63,687 bases of DNA, filler included, from Octopus bimaculoides (GCF_001194135.2; 5 parts of 5 records of this genome joined end to end with filler, not necessarily neighbours in it); one strand, 5' to 3'; positions 26,495 through 39,926 are shown, counted from the first letter of the whole stretch. Notes: generated by a model from the letters alone, not told the origin. A program made the numbers and translations.

Positions 26495-26615
26495 GAAGGA
26501 TTATCTCCAGTACAAGACGGATACTTTCTTTATCTACCTCGCAAGGATGAAAGGCAAATTTAACCTCGGTGGCATTTGAACTCAGAGCGCAAAAAAGCCA
26601 GGTCGAGTACTGCTA
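26495..26615 (-). mobile_element. SINE family B, degenerate fragment
   Basis: AAGGATGAAAGGCAAATTTAACCTCGGTGGCATTTGAACTCAGAGCG is the reverse complement of the family B core. Confidence 0.65.
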
Positions 26616-26754
26616 GGTAGCACCGTCTTAAGGCATGGGCACACTGGACAATCATCCAAGGGCTTCACGAGTCTAGGGGCTCAATTCTGATCTATGCATA
26701 CTGCGGTTTGCTGTCAATAATTAAATACTATAGGGCCCAGTAATGGTAAAACAG

Positions 26755-26828
26755 ACCTGCTAAGTTACAGGGACGTAAACACACCAGCATCGGTTGTCAA
26801 GCGATGTTGGGGGACAAACACAGACACA

Positions 26829-26864
<36 letters not shown>
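26755..26864 (-). mobile_element. SINE family A, tail half running into a gap
   Basis: CTAAGTTACAGGGACGTAAACACACCAGCATCGGTTGTCAAGCGATGTTGGGG is near-identical to 5049-5102. Confidence 0.8.
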
Positions 26865-27398
26865 NNNNNNNNNNNNNNNNNNNNNNNNNNNNNNNNNNNN
26901 NNNNNNNNNNNNNNNNNNNNNNNNNNNNNNNNNNNNNNNNNNNNNNNNNNNNNNNNNNNNNNNNNNNNNNNNNNNNNNNNNNNNNNNNNNNNNNNNNNNN
27001 NNNNNNNNNNNNNNNNNNNNNNNNNNNNNNNNNNNNNNNNNNNNNNNNNNNNNNNNNNNNNNNNNNNNNNNNNNNNNNNNNNNNNNNNNNNNNNNNNNNN
27101 NNNNNNNNNNNNNNNNNNNNNNNNNNNNNNNNNNNNNNNNNNNNNNNNNNNNNNNNNNNNNNNNNNNNNNNNNNNNNNNNNNNNNNNNNNNNNNNNNNNN
27201 NNNNNNNNNNNNNNNNNNNNNNNNNNNNNNNNNNNNNNNNNNNNNNNNNNNNNNNNNNNNNNNNNNNNNNNNNNNNNNNNNNNNNNNNGTGCCAACGCAC
27301 GAAACTCTCGGTCCTTCAGTCACTCTGTTGGTTCAGCTAAATATAGATAAATAAATATATTTGTAGGTATGTGTATATTAGATATATATATATATATG

Positions 27399-27487
<89 letters not shown>

Positions 27488-27899
27488 GTGTGTGTGTGTG
27501 TGTGCGTGTGTGCGTTTACTCTCCCTTCTCTCAGTAGCACAGAAAGTTTCGTGTTTAGAGCATCCAATTTTTCTCAGATTTTATTTTCCTCCTTCTCACT
27601 TGTCTTCATTTCTATTTTCGTTAATACTTAATCTAGTTACTGTAAGAGTTGAACAAAGCCCAATGTCTTCCAAGCAGCATACATGAAATTTCCAATGAAT
27701 GCTTTCTTGCTTGTTTATCACATTGTATTTTTTATCTTTTTATTTCTTTTTATTTTTGGGTCTTTAGGAAATTTCTTTATGAGAAAGTGTTCAACAAATC
27801 ACATCCCGTCTTCAATCTGTCCAATTTATCTCAAGTTACTACACCGTTTCCTACGAAGCACAGTTAAGAACACTTCTTTTATCAGTTGTCTAATGTTTG

Positions 27900-28162
27900 C
27901 AGATATTTATGAAAACTATTGACACACCTAGAATTTAGTCTTCTTCGGTTATTCTTCTTTTTTCACTTTTTCGTACGAAGTTTACTATCTCTTTTTATTT
28001 TGGAATGTGTTACAGATTTTCCCTTATTCTTTTCGGTTGAAGAGCGTTGGCTCGAAACGTACAAGACTTTTTAATTTTTCCCGAGCGTCAAACTAATACA
28101 CTTGCTTGTTGTTCATACACCTGTCTTTGTCTTTTGTTTTTCTATAAATTTCAACTATATAT
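27900..28162 (+). mobile_element. Short dispersed terminal-repeat-like sequence with hammerhead-like motif (possible Penelope-type terminus)
   Basis: TTGAAGAGCGTTGGCTCGAAACGTACAAGACT at 28037-28068; related copies at 47608-47647 (-) and 50244-50277 (+). The Penelope assignment is inference. Confidence 0.45.
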
Positions 28163-28164
28163 AC

Positions 28165-28420
28165 GTGGTCTAGTGGTTAAAGTTTTACACTCGCGATCTC
28201 AAAACTATCGTTTCGATTCCCGGACCGGAGGTGTCTTGTTCTTGTGCAAAACACTTTCCTTCATGTTGCTCTAGTCGTCTCAGACGCAAATAAGTAACGT
28301 AATTCTGCGACGGACTGGGATCCTTTCCAGGGTGGATTATCGTGATCTTCTCGTTCAGTTATACGCCATGGAAACCGGGTAACCGGCCCTATGAGACCTT
28401 AAGACTCGAAACAGTAATAG
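28165..28420 (+). mobile_element. tRNA-derived SINE family C
   Basis: GTGGTCTAGTGGTTAAAG...TTTCGATTCCCGGACCGG (A/B-box-like), then GTTCTTGTGCAAAACACTTTCCTTCATGTTGCTCTAG. Confidence 0.75.
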
Positions 28421-28428
28421 CCGAGGGA

Positions 28429-28472
<44 letters not shown>

Positions 28473-28854
28473 GGTGGTGGTGTTGATTAATATAACTTCC
28501 GATTCATCAACCCACGAAAGCATAAAGAAAAACACACCTAATAAACTTTACAATCTCAGTTTCTGTAATTACTGAATACAACTGCTTTTGTGTCAGTATG
28601 TAATTATAATTAACGTAGGATAGTGTTCGATACCTAACCTCCGTTCCATGGACACTGCTATTATATTTCATAGAAAAGCTACCTTTTCGGCAAGAACAAG
28701 AACGTAGCGTGTTACGTAACGACGTTGGCTTTAATTAGAATAGTATTATTTTATAATGTAAATACACTCCAAGGAAACTTAATTAGTAGACGCCCTAACG
28801 AATGCATATGTGCATATGCAGATGTATATATTATATAATATATATGTATGTATG

Positions 28855-28891
<37 letters not shown>

Positions 28892-29621
28892 AATATATGT
28901 GTATATGCATATATATGTACATGTATGTACATACCTTCATCTACATGTACACATAGATACATACCTGGGTATATATATATATATATATANNNNNNNNNNN
29001 NNNNNNNNNNNNNNNNNNNNNNNNNNNNNNNNNNNNNNNNNNNNNNNNNNNNNNNNNNNNNNNNNNNNNNNNNNNNNNNNNNNNNNNNNNNNNNNNNNNN
29101 NNNNNNNNNNNNNNNNNNNNNNNNNNNNNNNNNNNNNNNNNNNNNNNNNNNNNNNNNNNNNNNNNNNNNNNNNNNNNNNNNNNNNNNNNNNNNNNNNNNN
29201 NNNNNNNNNNNNNNNNNNNNNNNNNNNNNNNNNNNNNNNNNNNNNNNNNNNNNNNNNNNNNNNNNNNNNNNNNNNNNNNNNNNNNNNNNNNNTTATATAA
29301 TATATATGTATGTATGTATGTATATATATATATATATATATATTCATGTATACTTACATGTATTTCTTTTTTGTTTTTGTTTCTTGCATATTTATTGAAG
29401 TGCAGTTTTTCCAGATAGCTTTTCTCTTTTTTTCTTTACGCAGTGTTATATCATTTCTAAATTCCTATCTCGGAGATTATCGCCTTCGTATCAGATCTCT
29501 TTCTTCAAAGAGATAAGCAATTGCATATATACTATATGCGAATACGCATGTATCAAAATAGGAATGTATATACTTACACATACATGCATATACTGCACAT
29601 AAACACTCATGCACATATACT

Positions 29622-29699
<78 letters not shown>

Positions 29700-30262
29700 T
29701 CCTATATATACATACTTATGTACATATTACGCCATGCAAATATAGAAACTTCGACATAATGTGAAATAATTTGTTTTCAGCTGTTGAACTCGAAGTAGAT
29801 AAAGCTATAAAGCCTTCAACTTCCTTCATTTATCGCTTTATCTATAACATATAAAATGAATTTTATATATATATATATAAATGTGGTTTTAGAGTCAAGT
29901 TTTGGCTGCTATTTCAAGCATGGTGGTATCTCTTAGATATCCTAAATTATAATTTTAATAATAATCATTACCTTTTGAGGTTTTTATTCCCATGCTGGCC
30001 ACCTGATAGGATCGGTATTTTTAATAACTATCTTATCCTTCTTAATGTATATGCGCGCGTATGTATGTTATACAAGCATACACACCTTCATGGGTTTAAG
30101 ATGGCGACTTCTAAACACATTCAAAGCTGGTGATCTAGAAGTTGAGTCTTTCTCGTAATAAATTATATATTTATTTGGTTAATAATAACGAAAAGCGTTC
30201 TCCTTGGGCTGCAGATTTCGAAAATCAAATGTGTTTTTCTCCAGGGAGCACCGTTTCGGAGC

Positions 30263-30362
30263 NNNNNNNNNNNNNNNNNNNNNNNNNNNNNNNNNNNNNN
30301 NNNNNNTTAATTAATTAANNNNNNNNNNNNNNNNNNNNNNNNNNNNNNNNNNNNNNNNNNNN
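30263..30362. other. Artificial 100-bp scaffolding gap: N44-TTAATTAATTAA-N44
   Basis: The same pattern occurs at 30263-30362, 33143-33242, 56498-56597 and 61872-61971. The 12-mer gives stop codons in all six frames. Confidence 0.95.
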
Positions 30363-30458
30363 TCTATCGGTTCCTTTTGCCGAATTTCTAAGTTACGGGG
30401 ACGTAAACACACCAGCATTGGCTGTCAAGCGATGTTGGGGTGGGGGGGACAAACACAG

Positions 30459-30494
<36 letters not shown>

Positions 30495-30668
30495 CCATAT
30501 ACATATATACGACGGACTTCTTTCAGTTTCGGTCTGCCAAATCCACTTACAAGGCTTTGGTCAGCACAGGGCTATAGTAGAAGACACTTGCTCAAGGTGC
30601 CACGCAGTAGGACTGAACCCGGAACCATGTGGCTGGTAAGCAAGCTACATACCACGTAGCCACTCCAG
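30363..30668 (-). mobile_element. SINE family A
   Basis: Reverse complement of family A; 3' end cut by the gap. Confidence 0.85.
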
Positions 30669-31314
30669 TTGAAGTTTTTTTCAAAAATTACTTGCACCAT
30701 GTACCTAACTGAAAGTCAATAGCCTGCGAGAACCATATGTTTCGGTCATTATTAATCAACACGTATTGGAAGTTACCACCACCACCACCACCACCACCAC
30801 ACCACCACCACCACCACCAAGCCACCGCCGCTCTTGTCAACAAGATATGCCGGGACATAATAAATGAGATAATTCAAACTGTAATTTCGATGCATTTTAG
30901 CGCTATGACGTAATTATGACGTCAGAATGCAAATAGAACATGCACATGTTGCACAGGCTGCACATATGCAAGATATCTTTATCAAGGCCTTACTTTTTTT
31001 CTTCTTTTTCTTTTTAATCTATTTCTCATTCATACACACATACGTTCTTAGACACAGACATATAAGTGCGCGAGGCTGTCACCATTTGTCAACGTGTGTG
31101 TCTGTATATATACACAGCACATCCATACATACATACATACATTCATACATACATACATACATACATACACGTGTGTGTTTGTGTGTGTGTATGCGTGTGT
31201 GTTTTCGTTGAAGTTTTTCAATCTGTAAATAATAATACTAATATTTTATAAGCTTAAAGCTTAAAAGCGATCACCGAGCATTGACTAAGGTAAATAGTCT
31301 AATACTGGACATAT

Positions 31315-31395
31315 GGGCGCAGGAGTGGGTGTACGGCAAGAAGCTTGTTTATCAACCACAAGGTTCCGAGTTCAGTTCCACTGTGTGGCACCTTT
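31315..31395 (+). mobile_element. SINE family A, head only
   Basis: GGGCGCAGGAGTGGGTGTACGGCAAGAAGCTTG...GGTTCCGAGTTCAGTTCCACTGTGTGGCACCTT. Confidence 0.7.
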
Positions 31396-32489
31396 TCCGC
31401 CGAGGGCTTAAATGCCCCAATATTAGACGATTTACTTTGGTTAATGTAAGGTGATCGCTTATAAGCTTTAAGCCTACAAAAATATTACTTACACATACAT
31501 ACATACATACATATATGTATATATATATGTATATATATNNNNNNNNNNNNNNNNNNNNNNNNNNNNNNNNNNNNNNNNNNNNNNNNNNNNNNNNNNNNNN
31601 NNNNNNNNNNNNNNNNNNNNNNNNNNNNNNNNNNNNNNNNNNNNNNNNNNNNNNNNNNNNNNNNNNNNNNNNNNNNNNNNNNNNNNNNNNNNNNNNNNNN
31701 NNNNNNNNNNNNNNNNNNNNNNNNNNNNNNNNNNNNNNNNNNNNNNNNNNNNNNNNNNNNNNNNNNNNNNNNNNNNNNNNNNNNNNNNNNNNNNNNNNNN
31801 NNNNNNNNNNNNNNNNNNNNNNNNNNNNNNNNNNNNNNNNNNNNNNNNNNNNNNNNNNNNNNNNNNNNNNNNNNNNNNNNNNNNNNNNNNNNNNNNNNNN
31901 NNNNNNNNNNNNNNNNNNNNNNNNNNNNNNNNNNNNNNNNNNNNNNNNNNNNNNNNNNNNNNNNNNNNNNNNNNNNNNNNNNNNNNNNNNNNNNNNNNNN
32001 NNNNNNNNNNNNNNNNNNNNNNNNNNNNNNNNNNNNNNNNNNNNNNNNNNNNNNNNNNNNNNNNNNATTGGCAAGAAATCTTGAAATAAACTGAATAATG
32101 ACGTACATACATACATATTACATACATACATACATACATGCATACATAGATACATTCATACATACATACATACATGCATACATATACATGCATACATACA
32201 TACATACATATACATGCATACATACATGCAAATAAAAATATCCTGTTGTTCATGCTGAAATCCCAATGTCGGTGCCTTGGATCTAGGTTAGAAACCGATT
32301 CTTTCTCTATTGGCAAGAAATCTTGAAATAAATTGAACAATGACATACATACATACATACATACATACACACATAAATACATATTACATACATGCGTACG
32401 TTAATTAATGCGGAACTTAGCGCTCTTCCACCCAGAACATGAATTCTCATTCGTACCTACCATTATAAGTGCGTTAGCTTATGTACCAA

Positions 32490-33010
32490 CAAATTTGTAC
32501 AAAAACATAGAAATTCTTGGCCTCACCGAGAGAGAGAAAAACTAACTGACGTAGATTCTCCAAATCCAATCTATTACTGGCACAGAGAAAATTTGTAAGA
32601 CATTCCAAAAATTCTTCATTTCAGGTTCTTATGTGAATAGATGCACGCATTCGGTTGTGTGCAAAGACAGCTCAACCAACACACCAATTCGACCACATAT
32701 TAATACCGGGAACTCTCTTAACTCAAAAAGTCTTGTCGCTTTGTTAGCACCTGCCTTGAAGTCTGTCAAGAAGAATTGAAGTAAAAGAATAAAAAATCAT
32801 ACAGAGCTTGTCCTCTTCTTGTACTTATAATTGCGCTTTCCTTGCGTGAGATCTTAAATGATGTTTGAGCCCTGAGAGGCATTTGAAGAGCTGATCATAT
32901 AGCAATGTCTCATTTTAGCATTGGCTCCATTTCTGCTTGTTTATTATGATTGTTCAAGAGCCTCGTCAATCCTCCATGCGGTTTGCAAGTTTTTTGTCAA
33001 TCATTGCATT
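32490..33010 (+). pseudogene. Heavily decayed Tc3/Tc1-like transposase fragment
   Basis: FVQKHRNSW then EREKLTDVDSPNPIYYWH resemble FA.KH..W and DEKKFNLDGPDG..YYWHD. Short, weak motifs with many stops. Confidence 0.35.
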
Positions 33011-33392
33011 GAAACTGGTCATCCGAAATGAAATTCTAATAGCTCATGTACGCCTCACCCACATGGGAACGCTACTGCCCATGTCGTAACAACGTCATTT
33101 GACTGCGGCCATGCTGGAGCACCGCCTTTAGTCGAGCAAATCNNNNNNNNNNNNNNNNNNNNNNNNNNNNNNNNNNNNNNNNNNNNTTAATTAATTAANN
33201 NNNNNNNNNNNNNNNNNNNNNNNNNNNNNNNNNNNNNNNNNNATATCTTGAATTCTACATATGTTTCGATGGATGCATACGACTTACTATCCCGGATTTA
33301 ACTTCAGGGACTCTTAAGAAACCTCATAATTATTCCCCTGAATTTTTTCTTTAAATATGTATATACTATATATATATATATATGTATGTATA

Positions 33393-33447
<55 letters not shown>

Positions 33448-33662
33448 AAGGGTAAAATTAATTAATTAATAATTTTACTAAGTAGTTCGGTATGTTAAAG
33501 TAACCTTTTTTTGGTAAAATTATACAAATATTCTATAATCAGAGGTCAGCTATGCACCGAATTTAGAAATAGGAGCTAAATGCCTTTTCTACTACCATAA
33601 AGATCTAAACTTGGTGTGTGGTGAAGCAATTAGCTGACCCCTGATTATAATTATAGAATATT

Positions 33663-33712
<50 letters not shown>

Positions 33713-34142
33713 AATAACTTTTGGATGGAAATTCACGTCTTTCTATTTCTGTACTTGCATATGTTTCTGCTGCAACTCAGTGCACACTGCAGAATTTTGC
33801 ATTTTGGTGTTAGTATTATGAACTGGTAAAAGTGAGTGCAGTACCTGCTAGGATTTTATATATATATATTTAATACTTTTGGCCTTATGGGTATATGTTG
33901 GTTAGTGTGTTGAAGCGTTGGGTCGGTCACTGGCACAGTTTGGGCTACCTGGTGTCATCCACTGTCAGGGTATATCTCCGTTGGATCTACTTCTAGAATT
34001 CCACTGTTAGTTGAGATAATAATAATAATTTAAGTAATAAGATGATGGATTAAGGATTAATCCTCTTTTTTATTTTTTCACAAAATGAAGATTAATACGA
34101 AATCCATTTTCTCGTTAATTAAATTATTATTATTATTATATA

Positions 34143-34345
34143 ACGGCAGCGAGCTGGGTGAAATGCTTAGCGGTATTTCGTCTATCTTTATGCTCAGAGT
34201 TCAAATTCTGCTGAGGTCAGCTTTGCCTTTCATCCTTTCGGGGTTGATAAATTAAGTACCAGTTACATACTGGGTCGATCTAATCGACTGGCCCCCACCC
34301 CCAAAATTTCAGGCCTTGTGCCTAGAGTAGAAAAGATTATTATTA
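34143..34345 (+). mobile_element. SINE family B
   Basis: Family B core and (ATT)n tail; also preceded by (ATT)n. Confidence 0.85.
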
Positions 34346-35441
34346 TATTATATATATATATATATATATNNNNNNNNNNNNNNNNNNNNNNNNNNNNNNN
34401 NNNNNNNNNNNNNNNNNNNNNNNNNNNNNNNNNNNNNNNNNNNNNNNNNNNNNNNNNNNNNNNNNNNNNNNNNNNNNNNNNNNNNNNNNNNNNNNNNNNN
34501 NNNNNNNNNNNNNNNNNNNNNNNNNNNNNNNNNNNNNNNNNNNNNNNNNNNNNNNNNNNNNNNNNNNNNNNNNNNNNNNNNNNNNNNNNNNNNNNNNNNN
34601 NNNNNNNNNNNNNNNNNNNNNNNNNNNNNNNNNNNNNNNNNNNNNNNNNNNNNNNNNNNNNNNNNNNNNNNNNNNNNNNNNNNNNNNNNNNNNNNNNNNN
34701 NNNNNNNNNNNNNNNNNNNNNNNNNNNNNNNNNNNNNNNNNNNNNNNNNNNNNNNNNNNNNNNNNNNNNNNNNNNNNNNNNNNNNNNNNNNNNNNNNNNN
34801 NNNNNNNNNNNNNNNNNNNNNNNNNNNNNNNNNNNNNNNNNNNNNNNNNNNNNNNNNNNNNNNNNNNNNNNNNNNNNNNNNNNNNNNNNNNNNNNNNNNN
34901 NNNNNNNNNNNNNNNNNNNNNNNNNNNNNNNNNNNNNNNNNNNNNNNNNNNNNNNNNNNNNNNNNNNNTATGTATATATGTGTGTATATATACATTATGT
35001 ATATATGTGTGTATATATACATTATATATATATGTGTTTATATACATTATATATATGTGTATGTGTGTATATATATATATATTTATGTATGTATATATGT
35101 GTGCATATATATATATATTTATTTATGTATGTATATATGTGTGCATATATATTTATTTATGTATGTATATATGTGTGCGTGTATGTATACACGCACACAC
35201 ACTAATTTATATATTGCACAGTATAACCTGAAAAATAATCAGAAATCCATCCCCACCCCTTTATATTCCCTACTTAATGTTTTCTCGCACACCTCCCCCT
35301 ATTTAGTTCTTTTGCAGTGGGCCCCTTTTTTTTTTTAGTCAAGAGATTTTGTGCCTTAAAATGACAAAAATTTCCTTTTTTTTAAAACTCTGCTTTTCTT
35401 CATTCACTTGATTATAGCTATTGACCCTGTTACTGATGTTG

Positions 35442-35478
<37 letters not shown>

Positions 35479-35489
35479 TATTGGTAACA

Positions 35490-35880
35490 GGAGACTAGCA
35501 GAATCATTAGCACACTGGACGGAATGCTTAGCAATATTTTGCCTGTCACTAGTTCTGAGTTCAAATTCAACCGAGGTCGACTTTGCCTTTCATCCTTTCA
35601 GGGTCGATAAACTAAGTACCAGCTACGCACTGGGGTCGATGTAATCGACTACCCCCCAATTTCAGACCTTGTGCCTTTAGTAGAAAGTATTATTATTATT
35701 ATTATTATTGGTAACTAGGTGCTGGCAGAATCATTAACACAGAGCAAAATGCTGCCAAACATTTCTTCTGATTTTACATTTTAAGTTCAAATTCCACCAA
35801 GGTCAATTTTGTCTTTATTTCCTTTTGGCGGGGTTTGGTAAAATAATGTACCAGTTAAATATTGGGGTTCATGGTGTCAA
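35490..35880 (+). mobile_element. Two tandem SINE family B copies separated by (ATT)n
   Basis: First copy about 35490-35710; second, more diverged, about 35712-35880. Confidence 0.75.
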
Positions 35881-36479
35881 ACTACCATGAGGGAAAAGAA
35901 AGAGAGGAATGTGAGACAAAATTCAATATCATAAATAGTATACAAAATGTGTACGTTTGGATGATGCAGTCCTCCAGATACAGGGGGTCCTCCAACTAGG
36001 GGCCAATCAAGAAACCCCTATAGATTGGGTATCACCCTGGCTACCAAGAGCACAGGCCCTTGCACAACTGTTGTTCTCCGATCTACAGGCTCAACTACAA
36101 GGGCCTGAAAGCATACAATGAACATTAGTTAGGGACCTTAACATAGAAACACATTTGGGTTGAGACAGACTCCAGAAAGACAAGGGTACAGAGGGGCCTA
36201 AAAGGTGGTTGATGATGGTAGTAATAATAATAATAGTCCCTAACTTAGGTCCAGGGCCTAGTATTTTGGGTGTGGTAGAGGGGTGAAATTAACGAAATAA
36301 ACTTTTCCTCCCTAACTTCACTGGTCTTTATATTTCATCACATCGTCCTGGACAGATGAAAGAGGCAAGGTTAAACTTGGGACGTAGCAAAGCATTTCTG
36401 CTCCCACATCACTTATGCAATAATAATAAAGATGATGATGATGATGATGGTGATCACAAATACACAGTCAGCTTACGTC

Positions 36480-36512
<33 letters not shown>

Positions 36513-37038
36513 GTTATTGTTATTTCTTTTATTCTCTTTTGTAACATACAAACAACCACTCCTTAACCAAGCTTACTTGAAAAAATGTTTTTTTAGGCAA
36601 AAACAAAAGTTTCACTTCCTATCCCTTGCTTTTTTTTTTCTTTTTTCTTTTTTTTTTTTTTTTTTTTTTTTTTTTNNNNNNNNNNNNNNNNNNNNNNNNN
36701 NNNNNNNNNNNNNNNNNNNNNNNNNNNNNNNNNNNNNNNNNNNNNNNNNNNNNNNNNNNNNNNNNNNNNNNNNNNNNNNNNNNNNNNNNNNNNNNNNNNN
36801 NNNNNNNNNNNNNNNNNNNNNNNNNNNNNNNNNNNNNNNNNNNNNNNNNNNNNNNNNNNNNNNNNNNNNNNNNNNNNNNNNNNNNNNNNNNNNNNNNNNN
36901 NNNNNNNNNNNNNNNNNNNNNNNNNNNNNNNNNNNNNNNNNNNNNNNNNNNNNNNNNNNNNNNNNNNNNNNNNNNNNNNNNNNNNNNNNNNNNNNNNNNN
37001 NNNNNNNNNNNNNNNNNNNNNNNNNNNNNNNNNNNNGG

Positions 37039-37467
37039 ACGAAATGCTTGGCTGGATTCCACCCGTCACAACGTTCTGAGTTGAAATTCTTCCAAGATTA
37101 GCTTTGCCTTTCATCCTTTTGGGATCGATAAATTAAATACCAGTCAAGTACTGGGGTCAATATGATCAGCTATTCCCCTCCCCTCAAATTCCAGGCCTTG
37201 TACCTATAGTAGAAAGGATTATTATTATTATTATTAAAAAGGCGGCGAGCTGGTAGAATCGTTAGCACGCCGGGCGAAATGCTTAGCGATATTTTGTTCA
37301 AGTTGACATTCTGAGTTCAAATTCCGTTGAGGTCAACTTTGTTTTTCACCATTTCAGAATTGATAAATTAAGTACCAGTGAAACACTGGGGTTGATGTAA
37401 TCAACTAGTCCCCTTCTTTCAAATTTCAGGCCTTGTGCCTATAATAGAAAGTATTATTATTATCATC
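37039..37467 (+). mobile_element. Two tandem SINE family B copies
   Basis: 37039-37235 and 37241-37467, joined through an (ATT)n tail. Confidence 0.85.
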
Positions 37468-38229
37468 AGGGTCGATAAATTTCAGGCCTTATGCTTTACT
37501 AGAAAGTTTTTGGGGTCGTCAGCCACCAAGGGACATGCTCAACTGGTTAAGGTCAAACAACTGACAAGCAAATCTGTGGTATTAAGCAGAATATGAAGTC
37601 TGGGATAGCCTCGACGTTCCTGATCTGCCTGTGTTAATAACTACATACCCTGTCCTAATCAGTTCTATTTCTGAATTCTCTGTATCTACAGGATAGTGGT
37701 TTTCTCTTATATGTCAAAGAGAGCCACAGCAACTAACCAACCGATGTTTATTTCTGGTGGTATATTTAGTATTCTTACTTTAAATACACTTCGTCCGAGG
37801 TAAATGGGTATGAGGATGAGTTCGTCACTTGTTAGAATGGTTGTTGAATGAACCTCACTTTGACTGTCCCGTATCCCCCGCCCTTGGCTATATAGGTTTT
37901 GCTCTTCCACACTGGTTGTAAACATTTTTTATTTTGATGGTGTGTTGCCTGCTCTACTCTTCTCCTTTTTTGCTTCTAATTGTTTTATATAGAGCTGTCC
38001 GCAAATTGGTTTCTTGCTGGACAGATCTAGGAATATCTTGTGTCACGTTTCTCTCACATTTCTCCAACATACATTCATCACTTTTGAATTAATTTTCGTT
38101 GATAAAAATATCTTTGCTTGCTTGTCTTGTCATTTGCGTGAAATCACTAGGAATGGATTTGCGTGGTTTGTTTTTTTGTTTGTATTTTTTTTTTTTTTTT
38201 TTTCNNNNNNNNNNTGTAAGAAACGGAAA

Positions 38230-38540
38230 GTTACTTTCATAGGCTTCACGTAAACTATTCTTTTTGCCGCTACTGGGGTCCAGGTAATCGACTATCACCC
38301 TCCCCCGAATGTGAGGCCTTGTGCCTATAATACAAAGGATTATTATTGTTGTTGTTGTTGTTCGTCTATCGACATGCGTTGCACATCGCTGCCGTAAGTT
38401 TGTTGTACTTAATTCATCGATCTCGAAAGGATGAAAGGCAAAGTCAACCTCGGCGGAATTTGAACTCAGAACGTAGCGAATTGTGAAATACCGCTAAACA
38501 TTTCGTCCGGCGCGCAAACGATTCTATCAGCTCGCCGCCA
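38230..38540. mobile_element. SINE family B tail (+, 38230-38362) converging on a SINE B head (-, 38400-38540)
   Basis: GGCCTTGTGCCTATAATACAAAGGATTATT on +; GGATGAAAGGCAAAGTCAACCTCGGCGGAATTTGAACTCAGAACG...CAGCTCGCCGCC on -. Confidence 0.75.
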
Positions 38541-38599
38541 TCATCACCATAATAATAATAACAATAAATAATAATAATAATAATAATAATTGCAATAAC

Positions 38600-39371
38600 A
38601 ATAATTTCATTGTTTGCCAAATGGGTAAACAATCAAAGCGGCTGAGAAAGGACCGTAACATAAGTATTTAGGAGATAGTGGAAGCAGACGAAATAAAACA
38701 TGATGAAATTAAACAAATTACTAATAGAGTGAAAGCATTATTGCAGTCAAAGCTGAATGCAAAAAAATGTTATTGAAGCAATAAATGCGAGAGCAGTGGC
38801 CGTAATTAGATATGATTAGACTAAAAACGACATATAGAATTCGACAGAAAGACTAGAATGTTGTTGTCATTGTACGGAGCCCACCATCCGAAAGCTGATA
38901 TCAACCGGTTGTATATGAGAAGAGACCAGGGTGGAAGACGCTTAAATGTCGTGGAAGAGTGTGTACAGATGGAAAGAATAAGTCTGCTAGAATATTTACA
39001 GAACAGTAGAGGGAAATTAGTAAAGACAATGAATAAGGAATGGGTGATCAAGTGAGGAATAGGAGAAAAGGACAAGAATGGAATACAAAGAGAGCATGTT
39101 AGGCAGATTGAAGGGAAACCTCTGCATGGTCAATTTTAGGGAGGAACTGAAGATGTATTTGAAATAAAATCTTTGGTTAAAAATGGACAATTAAAAAAAA
39201 GAAACAGAGAGCCTAATAGTAGCAACCCAGGACCAAGCGACAAAAACAAACAACTTGAGGGAAAATATATATATGGGGAGAATGTGGCAGAAAAATGTAG
39301 AATCTGTGGAAAACGAGACAGTGGCTCACATTGTTGCAGAATGTCCCATGTAGGCACATGAAGAATATAAG
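38600..39371 (+). mobile_element. Decayed R4/Dong-like non-LTR retrotransposon fragment (RT thumb to zinc knuckle)
   Basis: LLQSKLNAKN-VIEAINARAVAVIRY; TRMLLSLYGAHHPKADINRLYMRRDQGGRRL; LHGQF; CRICG..TVAHIVAECP. These resemble R4/Dong-clade motifs (KLN..N...AIN..A..V..Y, HP.ADV.RLY..R..GGRGL, C-C-H-C knuckle). Frameshifted. Confidence 0.7.
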
Positions 39372-39565
39372 AAATTTGCGGGGAGGGGGACTAGTCGATT
39401 AGATCAACCTCAGAACGCAACTGGTACTTAATTTATCGCCCCCAAAAGGCTGAAAGGCAAAGTCAACTCCGGCGGAATTTGAACTCAGAACAACGTGGCG
39501 ACGGCCAAAAAACACCGCTAAGCATTTCGTCCAGCATGCTAACGATTCTGCCAGCTCGCCGCCTT
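39372..39565 (-). mobile_element. SINE family B
   Basis: Reverse complement of family B, abutting the R4/Dong fragment. Confidence 0.85.
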
Positions 39566-39603
39566 AAAAAAAATAAAAATAAAAAATAAAATAAAAAAAT
39601 AAA

Positions 39604-39634
<31 letters not shown>

Positions 39635-39643
39635 TAATAATAA

Positions 39644-39674
<31 letters not shown>

Positions 39675-39923
39675 CAAAATTAAAAGAAGAGTGCCATTGT
39701 TATCTAGTGAACGATACTTCTTGTGTGTCTTCAACGGGTTCAATCTATTTCATTTTGGTTAATATAGAAAGGATTGAGGTAACTCCTCCAGAAGATTGAC
39801 AAATTTATCTTTTGAACCCGTTGAAGACACACAAGATGTCGAAATATCGTTCACTAGATAACAATGGCACTCTTCTTTTAATTTTGTCTATATATCTTCT
39901 GGAGGAGTTACCTCAATCCTTTC

Positions 39924-39926
<3 letters not shown>
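39675..39926. repeat. Interleaved inverted duplication A-B-A'-B'
   Basis: A 39675-39743 is complementary to 39812-39886; B 39763-39796 is complementary to 39894-39926. Confidence 0.9.

Noticed and set aside
30263-30362. TTAATTAATTAA island centred in N runs, four times in the window
   Set aside because: The identical N44/12/N44 geometry every time marks an artificial gap linker, not a biological motif.
37620-38150. Possible LINE ORF1 remnant on the minus strand (VFKVRILNIPPEINIGWLVAVAL)
   Set aside because: Only a vague resemblance, many stops, and no diagnostic motif; needs a profile search.
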